A DNA stretch of 64,000 bases from Candidatus Saccharimonadota bacterium (GCA_046350735.1 JAXLZU010000001.1:140530-204529), one strand, 5' to 3'. Counted from the stretch's first letter, positions 1-11,384 are shown. A program made the numbers and translations. Notes: generated by a model not told the origin, from the letters alone.

Positions 1-1533
1 CTTGATTGGTATAGAGCTACAAAAGAAGGTCAATCAGTACTGCAAAGATTGGGCTGGAAAGATGCTATAGATACAAAAGAAGAGATTAAAAGATTTTTAT
101 CCCAGGCAGTTATTATGGCTCATCAAAACAAGATTGAAGTTGGCCATACACAATCGATAAGTTGGGGTCATGAACAATTAGAAAAAAGAATACAAGAAAA
201 GCTAGAGAGTGGTGAATCGGCCACAGTCGAACCTACATTTTTCTCTTTTTTTACTAATCCAGAAATTCTTGTTGAGGTTGCTTTGCAGGCAGAAAAGCTA
301 AAACAATTTTATTTAGCTATAGAGACAGCTTTAAAGACTCAAAAACTTGATCATATAAATGAAGCCAAACAGATTATGTTAGGTTTGCATAAGCATCGTC
401 TTAATGCATTGATTGCAAGCAACTATCGAGATCTTATTATTCTGTTGGAACAATACAAACTAGCCCCAACAATACTAAATACAAAGCAAATTAACCAGTT
501 ACATACACTATTTCCGCATATAAGCAGAACCAATGTTGATGATTTGGATAAAATGGCGCAAATCTATAGTGTAATTGATAAATTTATTACAGGTATCGAC
601 ACAGAAAATAGTTTTGGACAAATAGAAGCCGAGATTGAATATTTAGAGATAGAACTGCAAAAAGACATTGCAGAACAAGATAGTGACATAGATAGTGCTA
701 AGCGACAAGAACTGCCTAACATAACCATTAATGCGAATGAATTAAAACAACTTTTTGAGACTATTTTATTAAAATATAATCTTCTAGATGAATTAAATCG
801 CAACTGGAATGAGGAAGAAAAAAATCAAAAATGGCATGTTGTTGTTAGTCGTCTAAAAGAAAACTTGTCGGTCTATGCAGAGAAGGGAATTATTTGGATA
901 CCCAAAGATTTTAATCGTAACCTTAATCAAAAAAAACCGGTAGGTGTTTTACCTCTGATAGACCATGAAATTACACATGTTCTGCAACATAAGAATGGTG
1001 CTGCTCTAGGGATTGGATTACTAGAGGTAGACCGGGCAGCTCGCTCTAGTATATGGTTTGAGGTAGGTGCTACCGAGCAAGAGAATCATTCATTCTTAGA
1101 ATACTTCAATATTCATAGGGGCCCAAATCTACATTACATAAAAGCTATGCAGACCCAGCTAAGAGGCGGGGGTATCTCTGATTGTATATTTACATTTTAT
1201 AAGAGCTTAATAGAATCGGGTGATATTGTAGACAAAAAAGCCGCAATAAGCTTCGCTACAGAAAGAACTTTACGCCTGTTTCGTAATGGTATTGAATACA
1301 CCCCAGGAAACGGTTATATCACGAATACCGAGCCCATAGAGTTTGCTTGGCAAGAATTGGTGTATAGACAGTTACCGGTTAACCTGCATTGGTTGTACTT
1401 TGTTGGCCGAATAAATTTTCTAGACTTAGCTGAACTACACCGAATTGGATGGCTAAATCGAGATGAAATATTTATTCCAGAGCTTATGCCAGATAAGATA
1501 GCATTGACCGAATTAAGAAAGCTCAAAAAATAG
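1..1533 (+). CDS. HExxH metallopeptidase-like protein (DUF1704/MATCAP-like), 5'-truncated by the window edge
   Basis: The frame is open from base 1. It has the motif LIDHEITHVLQH plus a downstream WFEVGA and is a paralog of 1583..3397. Family assignment is by recalled similarity. Confidence 0.55.
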   Translation, partial: LDWYRATKEGQSVLQRLGWKDAIDTKEEIKRFLSQAVIMAHQNKIEVGHTQSISWGHEQLEKRIQEKLESGESATVEPTFFSFFTNPEILVEVALQAEKLKQFYLAIETALKTQKLDHINEAKQIMLGLHKHRLNALIASNYRDLIILLEQYKLAPTILNTKQINQLHTLFPHISRTNVDDLDKMAQIYSVIDKFITGIDTENSFGQIEAEIEYLEIELQKDIAEQDSDIDSAKRQELPNITINANELKQLFETILLKYNLLDELNRNWNEEEKNQKWHVVVSRLKENLSVYAEKGIIWIPKDFNRNLNQKKPVGVLPLIDHEITHVLQHKNGAALGIGLLEVDRAARSSIWFEVGATEQENHSFLEYFNIHRGPNLHYIKAMQTQLRGGGISDCIFTFYKSLIESGDIVDKKAAISFATERTLRLFRNGIEYTPGNGYITNTEPIEFAWQELVYRQLPVNLHWLYFVGRINFLDLAELHRIGWLNRDEIFIPELMPDKIALTELRKLKK

Positions 1534-1582
1534 TCAATTAACTATATAAATGACTATATAATTATAAAGAAGGAATAATTTT

Positions 1583-3397
1583 ATGCCCGAGAAAAATCTA
1601 TCATTATATCCAGAAAGACCCAATTCAGAAAGCGATAGTTTCAGGCAGACTATTGAGATTTTAAGCAATCCTGCCGAAGTTGAATTGTCCCCAGAGCAGA
1701 AAGCTGAGGTAACAGCATTTGAACATTCGCTAGCGAATTGTAATATTGACGTGAGTAATGAAGTTAATAAACCTCCATATACTATTGGTGAAATATTTAA
1801 GATTGATATTCAAGAGGAAAAGCTTTGTCTTGACTATTTTTTGAATGCATTTGGCACGAGTGTAGATAACCCTACAGATAGAGAAGCTATGAAGCAAGCT
1901 TTGATTCGATTTCAATCGCTTCCCAAAGAAGAACGACTAACTCTTGAAGCGATCGAGAATTCTAAGAATTATGCTCGTGATATGCTTGAGGATAATCTTA
2001 GAGACCTTCTTGCTATTGGTGCCTATGATCGAAGGAAAGAGCCAACCTATTTACGTATTCTTGATGATCCAAATCTTTTAATTGAGAAAGTTGATGCTGC
2101 CCGTCAATTAAAGCATTACTATAAAGCAGTAGAGAGAGATATGGGTATCTTAAGTTCAGGTGATCCCGTCGATACAGCGAAACTACTGATGATACAACTG
2201 CACAAAGAGCGTATTAATACTATTATAGCTGCTAGCTATAGGGATGCTATCACCTTAATAGAACAGGATAGAGTTGGTAATGTATTAAGTGACGAACAAC
2301 GTGCTATTCTATTTCGTTCATTGCCTGGTTTGGCAGCTCGCAACAAAGATGCTTTACTCGATGATGCAGAGTTGGTTGATAAAGAAAGATTTGCACGCAC
2401 TTTGGCACGTATTGACCATTTTATTAATGGAGTCGACAAAAGCCGTGGATATTCACCAATTTCACAAGCGTTATTGGATTTACGGGATCGCTATGAAGCT
2501 GAGCAGATTGAGGGGCAATACGAATATGAAGATGTTGATCCAGAATTATTGAAGAAAACAAAAGTTAATGCCGAGCAGCTTGCAGAAATGTTTCAACAGG
2601 TATTACGCGAGTATGGTCTATTAAGCTCAAGTACCGATTATGATCCAAAATCTAGCGTGAGAGCAGAGGATGATTTGTGGCGGGTTATTATTGACCCACG
2701 GGCGAGTAGAAAATCGCTTGCTATTAACAATCTCAAAGGCACAGTTATGTTACCCCAAAAGTTTAGCAGAACATTAAATCAAACAATGCCGGCAGGCGTT
2801 TTACCTCTAATTGATCATGAAACTACTCACGTATTGCAACATGAGAATGCCGACAGGCTTGGTTTAGAGCTATTTAATGGACCAGGTAGTGCACGCTCTT
2901 CTTTGTGGTTCGAGGCGGGTGGTGTCGTTTGGGAAACGGTAGCTCAAGAGAAGCTTTTTGGACAGCAGCGATCAACCAATTTTACTTATCTTGCTGCTGT
3001 AGAGAAAAGACTAGAGGGTGGAAGTATGACAGATTGTGCATTTGAGTTCTTAAAAGAAAAGATGCGAACCAACCCTGATAAAGACCCACAACAAATGGTA
3101 TCTACAGCAGTTGGTAGCGCACTTAGGCTTTTTAATAATGGTGGAGAATGGACGGTCGGTACGAGCTATTGTAGCAATACAGGACCACTAGAATATGCAG
3201 AACAAAAGATACTAGCAGATTCTGTGCCAGAAAATATGCGATATCTGTTTTATGTTGGAAGAGTTAACTTAGAAGTATTGGCGCAGTTACATAAAATAGG
3301 CTGGTTTAATAAAGAGGATTTCATTGTCCCTGAAAGACTACCTTCAACAATCGTAGAGCCATATGTAAAGTCTGAAATCCTATCTGTAGAAGAGTAA
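1583..3397 (+). CDS. HExxH metallopeptidase-like protein (DUF1704/MATCAP-like)
   Basis: LIDHETTHVLQH and WFEAGG motifs. It shares LHKxRxNxxIAxxYRD, RxLNQxxPxGVLPLIDHE and LFxVGRxN blocks with the upstream ORF. Confidence 0.55.
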   Translation: MPEKNLSLYPERPNSESDSFRQTIEILSNPAEVELSPEQKAEVTAFEHSLANCNIDVSNEVNKPPYTIGEIFKIDIQEEKLCLDYFLNAFGTSVDNPTDREAMKQALIRFQSLPKEERLTLEAIENSKNYARDMLEDNLRDLLAIGAYDRRKEPTYLRILDDPNLLIEKVDAARQLKHYYKAVERDMGILSSGDPVDTAKLLMIQLHKERINTIIAASYRDAITLIEQDRVGNVLSDEQRAILFRSLPGLAARNKDALLDDAELVDKERFARTLARIDHFINGVDKSRGYSPISQALLDLRDRYEAEQIEGQYEYEDVDPELLKKTKVNAEQLAEMFQQVLREYGLLSSSTDYDPKSSVRAEDDLWRVIIDPRASRKSLAINNLKGTVMLPQKFSRTLNQTMPAGVLPLIDHETTHVLQHENADRLGLELFNGPGSARSSLWFEAGGVVWETVAQEKLFGQQRSTNFTYLAAVEKRLEGGSMTDCAFEFLKEKMRTNPDKDPQQMVSTAVGSALRLFNNGGEWTVGTSYCSNTGPLEYAEQKILADSVPENMRYLFYVGRVNLEVLAQLHKIGWFNKEDFIVPERLPSTIVEPYVKSEILSVEE

Positions 3398-3460
3398 AAA
3401 AGCATTTACAATTAGGAAAAAATTTAGTATAATCTGTTGATTAGTTAGGAAGCAAAGATA

Positions 3461-4372
3461 ATGAAAAAGATTCTCGTATTCTATAGTTACAAAAAGCACA
3501 AAACCGGCTACTACAAAACACTTTTTTCTCGACTTAATGAGGGCGCAAAAAAACACAACCTCAAACTTTTTCAAGGTTCGGTAAAAGATCTGCGCATAAG
3601 CATCCAGAATAATAAATTGTGTGTTGTAGAGGCTTTAACGAACCAACCACTCAATAATTTTGATGTGGTTTACTTTGAGTTATGGTCGAAAGCTCCACAA
3701 CATGCTCTGGCAGCTGCCATTTTTTTACACAATACTAATACACCATTTATTACTAGCGAGATGACTCAAGTAATGTCGACATCTAAGTTAGGCGAGATGG
3801 CTAAAATGACTTCAGTTAATTTACCTATGCCCGATAGTTATTTTGCTAACAATAAAGACTTACTAGAATTCAGCAAGCAAAAAGATGCCTTTATTTCATT
3901 TCCGATGATAGTAAAGAATACCGAGACTTTCGGTGGCCAAGATAATTACTTAGTAAAAAATAGTGTAGAGCTAGAGAAAATTCTTGCTCAACATCCAAAA
4001 GTTCAATTTGTCTTACAGCAATTTATTCCAAACGATTGTGATTATCGGGTTTTGGTTTTTGGCGGCAAGATACGTGCAATTATGCGACGTACAGCAGTAA
4101 AAGGTAGTCACCTCAATAACACTTCAGCAGGTGGTGAAGGAGAAATGTTACCACTTAATTCGCTCTCTCCAGAAATTTGTACTGATGTGTTGATGGCAGC
4201 AAAGGTAACTAACCGAGAAGAACTGGCTGGCGTGGACGTAGTAATTGATAAAAATACTAACAAGCACTATATACTGGAAGTAAATCAAGCACCTGGTATC
4301 GAATTGGGAGAACATACCGAAGTAAAGATGGACGCATTCTTTTCGTATATAAAGGAGCTGGCAAACCAATGA
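3461..4372 (+). CDS. ATP-grasp ligase, RimK/LysX family
   Basis: [27 protein letters not shown] and GVDVV-YILEVNQAPG motifs. Confidence 0.85.
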   Translation: MKKILVFYSYKKHKTGYYKTLFSRLNEGAKKHNLKLFQGSVKDLRISIQNNKLCVVEALTNQPLNNFDVVYFELWSKAPQHALAAAIFLHNTNTPFITSEMTQVMSTSKLGEMAKMTSVNLPMPDSYFANNKDLLEFSKQKDAFISFPMIVKNTETFGGQDNYLVKNSVELEKILAQHPKVQFVLQQFIPNDCDYRVLVFGGKIRAIMRRTAVKGSHLNNTSAGGEGEMLPLNSLSPEICTDVLMAAKVTNREELAGVDVVIDKNTNKHYILEVNQAPGIELGEHTEVKMDAFFSYIKELANQ

Positions 4373-5754
4373 AAAAACCAAGTATTTTATTTATTTTTGC
4401 TAATCGCGGAAGTGAAACAAGCACTAGATTTGGTGGCTTTACAAAACGATTAAAAAAATATGATGCGTTAGGGTATACAAGCAAAGCTGATGTTGCTGCA
4501 CTCGAAGATTTTCTGTATGTAATTGATAATGGTGAAGCGAAGATTATTGATATGTTTACTGGCAAAGATATTGCGAGCTATAGCTTTGTGTACTTTAAGG
4601 GTTGGGAGAGTATGTCCGATAGAGCCGCAGCAGCAGCCATCTATCTTCAAGTACACGGCATACCTTTTATTGACACAACTGTAGCGCAAAAAGGAAATCC
4701 TAATAAATTAGTTTCTCATTTTCGTTTGTGGCAAAATTTATTGCCGGTTGCCAAAACACTGTATACAAGCTCTACCCATGCAGAGGCTGCGTTAGATAAA
4801 AAGATTCTCCAATATCCTATTGTTATTAAATCTACAGTTGGGCAAAAAGGAAAAGACAACTATTTAGCCAAAACAAAAAAAGAGGCTCTTAAGATTATCA
4901 AGACATATCCAGACACCGATTTTATGATGCAAGAGTTTATTCATAATGAGGGCGACTGGCGTATACAGGTATATGGTAATAAGGCTGCACTTGCCCTAAA
5001 ACGTATAGGTAAAACCGGCTCTCATTTAAACAATACTTCGGCCGGTGGCAAAACAGTTATGACAGAGCTTAGCAACGTTGGCCCATTACTTTTAGAGATG
5101 GCTGAAGATGCCGCCCAGGTAATGGACTTGCAGGTAGCAGGTGTGGATCTTATTGAAGATAAAAAGACAAAAAAAATCTACGTGCTAGAGGTTAATCAGG
5201 GATCGCAAATTATTACTGGGGCACCAGAATTTGTTAAGGCCAATATACCTGCATTCGATAATTTTCTAAAACGCGCAATAAAACGTCGTTTTACCCGTAA
5301 GAATAAATTTTACAATCTGCCAAAAACTATTATCGGACGACATGAGCTTGTAAGTTTACCAGAATTTGGTGTGACCGATATTACTGCTAAGACAGACACT
5401 GGTGCTTATCATAGTGCTCTGCATGCCGAGAATATTATTATCAAGAAAGAACGAGGCAAAGAGGTTTTGCACTTTAGTATACCTGTCTTTGCAAATGGAC
5501 ATCAGAAAACTGCAGTTATGGTTGATTGTACAAGTTTGGATTTTTCTGTAGTAGATATAAAAAACTCTTTCGGAGGATGGCAAAAACGTTATAAGATAAA
5601 TACAGTGGTTGAAATCGGTGGCAAAAAATACGATACTCAACTAACACTAACAAACCGCGAAAGCCAAAAAATCCCAATGTTGCTTGGTAGAAAGTTGCTT
5701 AGAGGAAACTTCTTGGTTAACGTTGAACTCTCACGAAAGGAAGTTGAAATATGA
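4369..5754 (+). CDS. Fusion of a RimK-like ATP-grasp domain and a C-terminal RimB-like retropepsin-fold protease
   Basis: The N-part has YPIVIKS, QEFI, GVDLI-VLEVNQ. The C-part has [20 protein letters not shown] and [18 protein letters not shown]. Confidence 0.8.
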   Translation: MKKPSILFIFANRGSETSTRFGGFTKRLKKYDALGYTSKADVAALEDFLYVIDNGEAKIIDMFTGKDIASYSFVYFKGWESMSDRAAAAAIYLQVHGIPFIDTTVAQKGNPNKLVSHFRLWQNLLPVAKTLYTSSTHAEAALDKKILQYPIVIKSTVGQKGKDNYLAKTKKEALKIIKTYPDTDFMMQEFIHNEGDWRIQVYGNKAALALKRIGKTGSHLNNTSAGGKTVMTELSNVGPLLLEMAEDAAQVMDLQVAGVDLIEDKKTKKIYVLEVNQGSQIITGAPEFVKANIPAFDNFLKRAIKRRFTRKNKFYNLPKTIIGRHELVSLPEFGVTDITAKTDTGAYHSALHAENIIIKKERGKEVLHFSIPVFANGHQKTAVMVDCTSLDFSVVDIKNSFGGWQKRYKINTVVEIGGKKYDTQLTLTNRESQKIPMLLGRKLLRGNFLVNVELSRKEVEI

Positions 5755-6656
5755 AAATTGTTATTTTATCACGAGGCCCGTCGAACTATTCAACTAGACG
5801 TTTGGTAGAGGCAGCTATTGCACGTGGTCATAGTGCCAAAGTAGTTAATCATGCTAACTGTTATGTCGATATAGAACGAAATAAACCAGCAATTTTATAT
5901 AATGGCTATTCTTTAGAGAATGTAGATATTGTTATACCGCGTATTGGCCAGTCAATTACTAGCTACGGTTCTGCTGTTGTACGTCAGTTTGAGATGATGC
6001 GTGTTTATACTCCGGTTAGCTCTCTCGCCCTGGTTAGAAGCCGAGATAAGCTACGTAGCATGCAACTTCTTGCTCGCTCGGGAGTTGGTATTCCTAAGAC
6101 AGTGTTTGCACGACAAGCCAAAGAAACCGATGAGCTAATAGAAAAAGCTGGTGGTGCACCGGTGGTAATTAAGCTACTCGAAGGTACACATGGTATTGGT
6201 GTAGTCTTGGCCGAGACTCGTAAAGCGGCTAAGTCGGTTATTGAAGCATTTTATGGACTTGGTGCTAACATTCTTATTCAAGAATTTATTGAAGAAGCGC
6301 ACGGTGCAGATATTCGCGTAATTGTAGTAGGCGAGCGTGTGGTAGGTGCTATGATGCGCAAGGGTCCAGAAGATGAGTTTCGGTCCAACTTGCATCGTGG
6401 TGGCGAATCGTTGCCTGTTGAGCTAACCAAAAAAGAAGCTAATATTGCAATTAAGGCCGCCCGTACTCTTGGCCTGCCAATTGCTGGTGTAGATATCATC
6501 CGCTCTAAACGCGGCCCATTGGTATTAGAAGTTAATTCTAGCCCAGGACTAGGTGGTATCGAGATGCAAACCAAAGAAGATATCGCAGGTGAGATAATCG
6601 ACTACGTGGTTTCTAAGGCTTCAGGCAAACGCCGTAAAGATAGAATCGGTGCTTAA
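5751..6656 (+). CDS. rimK: Alpha-L-glutamate ligase RimK
   Basis: [53 protein letters not shown] and LEVNSSPGL motifs. Confidence 0.93.
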   Translation: MKIVILSRGPSNYSTRRLVEAAIARGHSAKVVNHANCYVDIERNKPAILYNGYSLENVDIVIPRIGQSITSYGSAVVRQFEMMRVYTPVSSLALVRSRDKLRSMQLLARSGVGIPKTVFARQAKETDELIEKAGGAPVVIKLLEGTHGIGVVLAETRKAAKSVIEAFYGLGANILIQEFIEEAHGADIRVIVVGERVVGAMMRKGPEDEFRSNLHRGGESLPVELTKKEANIAIKAARTLGLPIAGVDIIRSKRGPLVLEVNSSPGLGGIEMQTKEDIAGEIIDYVVSKASGKRRKDRIGA

Positions 6657-6752
6657 GGATTGATTTTTGTAGAAAAATCAGGTTAAATATATAGGTATTT
6701 CCCTCAATCTTATTAGTTTTACCCGATCAAAAGCGATAATAATTTTGGATGC

Positions 6753-6829
6753 GGGTCCGTAGCTCAGTTGGTTAGAGCACCTGCCTTTTAAGCAGGGTGT
6801 CGTGAGTTCGAGTCTCACCGGACCCACCA
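6753..6829 (+). tRNA. tRNA-Lys(TTT)
   Basis: Cloverleaf with anticodon arm cctgc-CTTTTAA-gcagg, GTTCGAG T-loop and encoded CCA. Confidence 0.97.
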
Positions 6830-6866
6830 ATAAATAAACCTCATCTATTGATGAGGTTTATTTATT
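6829..6866 (+). terminator. Intrinsic terminator after tRNA-Lys
   Basis: Inverted repeat aataaataaacctcatc / gatgaggtttatttatt. Confidence 0.75.
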
Positions 6867-6976
6867 GAAGAAGTTTTGTTGGCTCGAACGCAGTTCGGTG
6901 TAAGAAAGCGCGCAGTGAAAATTGAAAAACTTGTTATGATATTTTTCAAGCACTTTCTGGAGGTGGCGAAGCCACT

Positions 6977-6994
6977 GTCTCACCGGACCCACCA
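6977..6994 (+). repeat. 18-bp direct repeat of the tRNA-Lys 3' end (att-like)
   Basis: gtctcaccggacccacca occurs at both 6812-6829 and 6977-6994. Confidence 0.9.
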
Positions 6995-7075
6995 TAGAAA
7001 AAACCCGAATTGTTTCGGCTTTTTTCTTATGCTTGGATCTAAAATGCTCAAGCTCATAGCATAGATAAAAGATAT

Positions 7076-8566
7076 ATGAGACGCAATGTACAGATTATTC
7101 TATTTGCACTAGCCTTTATGGTTGGTATTATTTTGGCTGCCAACTTTTGGTTTCCTTTTTCTTGGTGGCTAGCGCTAGCTGGTTTGGTCTTTCTGTTAAC
7201 TGTGTTTATATTTAAATCAAAACTAGGATACATTGTAATTGTTGCTGCAGCTATGCTTTTAGGTATTGCTCGTTACGAGTTTTGGTATACTCATCAACCT
7301 GTCTCAGTAGACACATTAGCTGATCAGAAGGTAACAATTACCGGTGTCGTCAGTGGTGAGCCAAGTTGGGATCAATACCATATGTATGTCTTCTATATTG
7401 ATAATGTGCATGTTAACGGAGTAGGTTATGCGGGTCTTGTTCGAGCAAAAAGTGTTAGCGGACAAGTGCACGAAGGTCAGATGGTGCAAGTGCGTGGCAA
7501 AGCAAGATCGAGTCTGGGCAAAGCTAGCATACTAATAAGTTATGCTGATGTTGAGATAATCTCACGAGCTCAGCCGTTTATTGTTGTTGCAAAAGAAACT
7601 TTTCTGAATGGATTAAATACTACATTAAGTCACGATTCAGCGGCTTTTGTGGCTGGTACACTTATTGGCTCTCGCTCGGCACTGCCAAAAGCACTACAAG
7701 ATTTACTATCGGCAGTAGGTCTTTCTCATGTTATAGCTGTTTCTGGCTATAATCTAACCATTCTAGTTGCTCTGCTTGCTATGCTGCTTGGCAAGAAATG
7801 GCGATGGGGTGGCCTAATTATTTCACTTTGGGTAATTTTGGGGTTTGTGATAATCTCTGGTGCAAATGCCGCAATTGTAAGAGCAGGAATAATGAGCACA
7901 ATATTTTTGGTGGCCAACTTTTATGGTAAGCGTGTTAACTTGGTGGTATGTATGGCGTTAACGGGTCTGGGAATGGTAGTAATAAATCCTGCCAATCTAC
8001 TAAGCGATATTGGCTGGCAACTTTCTTTTGCTTCACTTTTTGGTATTGCTACCCTTGGGCCAAAGATTGGCCGACTTTTGCCAAAACGCCCTGCCTGGCT
8101 GAATGAGATTTTGTCGGTAACTCTATCAGCTCAGTTAGCTACTGCCGGTATTATTGCGTATAATTTTGGCACTCTTAGCCTGATTGCACCAATAGTAAAT
8201 TGTATTGTAATGCCATTGGTTCCGATAATAATGGCTTATGGAGCGCTAGTGGCGTTCTTTGGAATGATCTTACCAAATTTAGGTGGAATTATTGCCCGTC
8301 CATTAGATGCTTCAGTGGTAATACTATTTGATTTTCTAAAATTTATGCAGCATTTTAAATGGGCAAGCGTGCAAATATCGTCTCTGAGTATTGTGGTGGT
8401 TTGCTTGTATTATGCCGTATTATCTTTTTGGGTAATTATGGCCCGCAAAACAGATTCGAAAGATTTACCAACAGATATAGATCGTGCTACAATAACCAAT
8501 ATTGTTGACTCAGCAAATAAGCCAGTATTTTCTAAAAAAGGAGCACAAAATGTCAGGCCACAGTAA
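7076..8566 (+). CDS. comEC: ComEC/Rec2 competence membrane protein (no metallo-beta-lactamase domain)
   Basis: GLSHVIAVSGYN, AIVRAGIM, DIGWQLSF motifs and many TM segments. Confidence 0.9.
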   Translation: MRRNVQIILFALAFMVGIILAANFWFPFSWWLALAGLVFLLTVFIFKSKLGYIVIVAAAMLLGIARYEFWYTHQPVSVDTLADQKVTITGVVSGEPSWDQYHMYVFYIDNVHVNGVGYAGLVRAKSVSGQVHEGQMVQVRGKARSSLGKASILISYADVEIISRAQPFIVVAKETFLNGLNTTLSHDSAAFVAGTLIGSRSALPKALQDLLSAVGLSHVIAVSGYNLTILVALLAMLLGKKWRWGGLIISLWVILGFVIISGANAAIVRAGIMSTIFLVANFYGKRVNLVVCMALTGLGMVVINPANLLSDIGWQLSFASLFGIATLGPKIGRLLPKRPAWLNEILSVTLSAQLATAGIIAYNFGTLSLIAPIVNCIVMPLVPIIMAYGALVAFFGMILPNLGGIIARPLDASVVILFDFLKFMQHFKWASVQISSLSIVVVCLYYAVLSFWVIMARKTDSKDLPTDIDRATITNIVDSANKPVFSKKGAQNVRPQ

Positions 8567-9287
8567 ATGGGCAAGTATTAAACATAAAAAAGGCGCCGCC
8601 GATGCTAAGCGCGGTAAAATCTTTACCAAATTGGGTAACGAAATTGCTGTAGCTGCGCGCGAAGGTGCTGATCCTGCAATGAATTTCAAGCTTAGATTGG
8701 CTGTAGCTAAGGCCAAACAGGCCAATATGCCAGCTGCTAACATTGAGCGATCGATTGCTCGAGGGGCTGGTACTGGTGAAGGTGCCGCACTCGAAGAACT
8801 AACATATGAAGGTTATGGCCCTGCAGGAGTTGCTATTATGGCTAAGGCATTAACTGATAATCGCAATCGCACAGCCTCTGATGTAAAATCATCTTTTTCT
8901 AAATTTGGTGGTAATTTGGGCGGGCCAGGATCGGTCGCTTATATGTTTGATCAAAAAGGTGTTATTCTAGCAAAGCCAGATGTAGATAAAGATGATATTG
9001 CACTTAAGGCAATAGAGCTAGGTGCTGATGATATAGATGATAGCGGCCAACAAGTAATTGTGTACACTGCAGCCGGAGAGCTAGAGAAGATTCGTGATGA
9101 ACTCGGCCCAGACAATGTAGATACTGCCGAAGTAAAGTTGATTCCCAACCAATCTGTGTTGGTCGAGGACGAGGCTAAAGCCCGGACAATTATGAAGCTT
9201 ATGGATGCACTAGACGATCTAGATGATGTAGTAGAGGTAACTGCCAACTTTGATATTCCCGAAGAGATTTTAGAAAAGCTGGAATAA
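8550..9287 (+). CDS. yebC: YebC/PmpR family protein
   Basis: MSGHSKWASIKHKK start (ATG at 8550 after AAGGAG), YEGYGP and TDNRNRT motifs. Confidence 0.95.
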   Translation: MSGHSKWASIKHKKGAADAKRGKIFTKLGNEIAVAAREGADPAMNFKLRLAVAKAKQANMPAANIERSIARGAGTGEGAALEELTYEGYGPAGVAIMAKALTDNRNRTASDVKSSFSKFGGNLGGPGSVAYMFDQKGVILAKPDVDKDDIALKAIELGADDIDDSGQQVIVYTAAGELEKIRDELGPDNVDTAEVKLIPNQSVLVEDEAKARTIMKLMDALDDLDDVVEVTANFDIPEEILEKLE

Positions 9288-9761
9288 ATGAAGATCTTAG
9301 GTATCGACCCTGGTACTGCCACAACCGGTTTTGGTGTTATTACAAAAGAACAGGGTAAGTTGTCTGCTATAGACTACGGTGTAATAAGCACTAGCAAACG
9401 GCTAGATATGCATTTACGCCTTAACATTATCTTCCAAGACTTAACCGATTTGATACACCATCATAAGCCAAATATTATTGCGGTAGAAAAGCTCTACTTC
9501 GTAAAAAACATCACTACAGGTATATCGGTAGGGCAAGCCAGGGGAGTAGTGTTGCTAACTGCTGCACGGGCCGATCTTACATTACTCGAATTTACGCCAC
9601 TACAAGTTAAGCAGGCAGTAACAGGGTATGGGCAGGCCAACAAAAAACAAATTCAAGAAATGGTAACAAAGATACTAAAGCTTCCTTCTCTTCCGCAACC
9701 AGATGATGCTGCTGATGCTCTGGCAATAGCTATTTGTGCCAGCTCGCAAACACGCATATAA
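9288..9761 (+). CDS. ruvC: Holliday junction resolvase
   Basis: ILGIDPG, QARGV and DDAADALAIA motifs. Confidence 0.96.
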   Translation: MKILGIDPGTATTGFGVITKEQGKLSAIDYGVISTSKRLDMHLRLNIIFQDLTDLIHHHKPNIIAVEKLYFVKNITTGISVGQARGVVLLTAARADLTLLEFTPLQVKQAVTGYGQANKKQIQEMVTKILKLPSLPQPDDAADALAIAICASSQTRI

Positions 9762-9768
9762 TACAGAT

Positions 9769-10323
9769 ATGATTGCGAAAATAAGTGGAACAGTTAGTGA
9801 AAAACTAGTTACGAGTGTTATTGTAGATGTTATGGGAGTTGGTTATGAAGTTTTCTTAACTCCACGATCCTTCGATACAATTTTGCCTGGCGAGAAGGCC
9901 AATCTCTACATTGCTGAGCAAATAAAAGAAGATGAACATACATTGTATGGTTTTATTCATTTAGACGAGAGACAAATGTATTTTCAGCTTAATTCTGTTA
10001 GTGGCGTAGGACCAAAGGCAGCCATGGCAATACTTTCTCATCATCAAGTAGATGATATACAAGATGGTATTATGACTGACAATATAACTATATTTAGTAA
10101 TGTCTCTGGTATTGGCAAAAAAACTGCCCAAAGAATTATTTTAGAACTAAAGGGCAAATTGGTAGAAGCGCCAGAGAAGAAAGCATCTCCAGACGATCCA
10201 GCATATCTTGCGCTTCTTAGTTTGGGTTATAGTGCAAAAGATGCTGCTACGGCACTACAGAATGTTGAGACAAATTTAGAAACAAATGAGAGAGTAAAAC
10301 AAGCCCTAAAAGGGGTGAAATAA
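9769..10323 (+). CDS. ruvA: Holliday junction branch migration protein
   Basis: MIAKISG start, GVGYEV, VSGVGPKAA and GIGKKTAQRIILELKGK motifs. Confidence 0.95.
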   Translation: MIAKISGTVSEKLVTSVIVDVMGVGYEVFLTPRSFDTILPGEKANLYIAEQIKEDEHTLYGFIHLDERQMYFQLNSVSGVGPKAAMAILSHHQVDDIQDGIMTDNITIFSNVSGIGKKTAQRIILELKGKLVEAPEKKASPDDPAYLALLSLGYSAKDAATALQNVETNLETNERVKQALKGVK

Positions 10324-11355
10324 ATGATAGAACGACAAGAAGAGTCAGAACAGATTGAAGAACAGGCCGAAGAACAAGCCTTTGAAGATGTCCTGCGTCC
10401 ACAAAAATTTGAAGACTACATTGGTCAACAGCAACTAAAGAAAACTCTACAACTTGCTATGAGTGCAGCCAAGGGTCGCAACGAACCAGTTGACCACGTG
10501 TTGCTATATGGACCTCCCGGGCTTGGCAAAACTACCCTTGCACATGTTATTGCAAACGAAATGGGTAGAACTATTAAGGTTACAAGTGGCCCTGCCATTG
10601 AAAGAGCCGGAGATTTAGCATCATTACTTACAAATTTAGAAGAAGGCGATATTCTTTTTATTGACGAGATTCACCGGTTGCCAAGAAGTGTAGAAGAAAT
10701 ATTGTACCCTGCTATGGAAGACTATGTAATAGATATTATGTTAGGCAAGGGGCCATCAGCTCAGAGTTTGCGACTAGACCTGCCCAAATTTACCATGGTG
10801 GGTGCCACTACTCGTTATGGTTCGCTGGGTGGTCCGTTGCGCGATCGATTTGGCTTGGTAGGTAAACTAGAGTACTACAGTCCAGAAGAAATTGCCCATA
10901 TCCTTTCTCGTACAGCAAAAATTCTCGATATAGAAATTTCGTCGGCTGCAGTGAATGAAATGGCAAAACGAACACGCCTAACTCCTCGTATTGCAAATCG
11001 ATTGATGAAACGAGTACGTGATTGGGCACAAGTGCATGGTAACGGCACCATTGATGCAGAAGCATTAGATGAGACTCTAAAGCTACTCAATATTGATGAG
11101 TATGGATTAGAGGCTGCCGATAGAAAAATACTTAGACTAATTATTGATAATTATTCTGGTGGCCCAGTAGGGATAGGCACAATTGCTGCAGCTAGCGGTG
11201 AGGAGAAGCAGACCATAGAAGATGTGTACGAGCCTTATTTAATGCAAATTGGTTTGCTCGAGCGCACTCATCAAGGTCGCAGAGCAACAGAGAAAGCATA
11301 TTTACACCTTGGGGTAAAACCACCAAATACCAACAGTCAGGATAGTCTTTTGTAA
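10324..11355 (+). CDS. ruvB: Holliday junction helicase
   Basis: [29 protein letters not shown] and EDVYEPYL motifs. Confidence 0.97.
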   Translation: MIERQEESEQIEEQAEEQAFEDVLRPQKFEDYIGQQQLKKTLQLAMSAAKGRNEPVDHVLLYGPPGLGKTTLAHVIANEMGRTIKVTSGPAIERAGDLASLLTNLEEGDILFIDEIHRLPRSVEEILYPAMEDYVIDIMLGKGPSAQSLRLDLPKFTMVGATTRYGSLGGPLRDRFGLVGKLEYYSPEEIAHILSRTAKILDIEISSAAVNEMAKRTRLTPRIANRLMKRVRDWAQVHGNGTIDAEALDETLKLLNIDEYGLEAADRKILRLIIDNYSGGPVGIGTIAAASGEEKQTIEDVYEPYLMQIGLLERTHQGRRATEKAYLHLGVKPPNTNSQDSLL

Positions 11356-11384
11356 AAAATATGGTATACTAACTACAAAATACT

